DNA from: Carcharhinus amblyrhynchos
Taxonomy: Eukaryota
Assembly: GCA_965287045.1 (NCBI GenBank)
Contig: OZ336887.1
Location: forward strand, 38,254,001-38,318,000
Reading direction: 5' to 3'
Length of the DNA: 64,000 bases
The notes beneath the pieces are model-generated. The model was not told the origin of the DNA, made no database searches, and saw nothing but the letters and a program-made list of their open reading frames with translations. Position numbers and translations under genes: made by a program. Below, piece by piece: positions 62,915 through 64,000 of the stretch. Position 1 is the first letter of the stretch. Each line of letters begins with the position of its first letter.

Positions 62915-63290
62915 CATTCTTGAGATGTGGGCTTGCTGGCAAGGCCAGCATTTGTTGCCCATCCCAAATTGCCCTTAAGAAAATGGTAGCGAGCTGCTCT
63001 CTTGAAGTGCTGCAGTCCATGTGGTGCAGGTGCACCTAACAGTGCTGTTAGCTAAGGAGTTCCTTGATTTTTCACCCAGCAACGGTGAAGGAACAGCCAA
63101 TGCATATCCAAGACAAAATGGGGTAGGACTTGGAGAGGAACTTGTATTGATGCATACAGCTGCTCATTTTGTCCTTCTACGTGGTATAGGCGCTGCTGAA
63201 GTAGTCTTGGCAAGTTGCTGCGATACAGTTTGTGGATGGTTATGCACCAGGAGTAGAAGAATGAATATTTAAGATGGTGGGTGGGATGTG
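62915..63290 (-). mobile_element. Old LINE 3' end (Zenon-like family)
   Basis: GCTGGCAAGGCCAGCATTTGTTGCCCATCCC terminus as at 17500-17540 and 23430-23470. Confidence 0.7.
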
Positions 63291-64000
63291 CGTTGGTGCC
63301 TAGGTTAAAAATCCTCCCGACCTCTCCAACCTAAAACTTGTTTTATTTGCATGCTGCTGCAGACCATATTTAAACTATCTTGTGGACATTCATTTAATTC
63401 TAATCGCTCTCAATCTTTTGGTAACAGTTACTAACTTCCCTTTGAGACTTGGGATGGTTCCAGCTAATTAGTAGAGTTTGAGGAGACACAGCAAGTGGTC
63501 AGAATTCTTAAGTATTTAATGCATATCTTGCGAATCACTGCATTAATCCTACGTATGACTCAAACTGAACTAAACAACGTCCCTCAAATTAGGCTGTTGA
63601 TCAAGAGATTTCAAAACAGACTTTTTTTTGTTAGAATATATTCAACATTCTACAATGTCTTAATGTGTGTGCGTGAGGATCCTGAATAAATTACTGTTGC
63701 TACCCATTGAGCCATCTCCTCACAGGAAACATTTGTCCTTGTGGTACAGTCTAGAACAAGCAGGCGCAGATACAGGGCAAGACCTTACAACCTCACTCAT
63801 CCTGAAACCATAAAATCCCGCTCCGAGGTCAATGGACTTCCCCATCCTCTGCCCCTCGCCCACTCTGATTGCCACGGTGGGCGGGCTGGTAAAATTCCAG
63901 CCTCAGAACGAGAGGAGGTAGGTTCAAAAGTCAGATGAGGAGGAGCTATTTCTCTCAGAGTGTTGTGGAACTCGCTGCCCCAAATGGCAGAATCAATCTA

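Overview
Eukaryotic, repeat-rich vertebrate DNA, almost certainly a shark (elasmobranch HE1/V-SINEs, CR1/HER1 LINEs, SacSINE1-like DeuSINEs, Penelope-like elements). It holds the complete 9-exon GET4 gene on the + strand (CDS 12030..45410, 966 nt, 321 aa, CpG-island promoter) and the last three coding exons of ADAP1 on the - strand (62370..58005), tail-to-tail as in human 7p22.3. Nearly all other long ORFs in the track are retrotransposon fragments. I found no convincing new protein-coding system. The most unusual structure is an array of about 9 hairpin-forming 47/38-bp units, derived from a CR1 LINE 3' tail, that runs up to the GET4 promoter and is interrupted twice at the same position by Penelope elements carrying hammerhead-like motifs. 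Also notable: a near-perfect 188-bp Penelope palindrome in intron 1, a tail-less local copy of a young CR1, V-SINEs with two alternative tails, and several nested insertions. Repeat boundaries were read by eye and are approximate.
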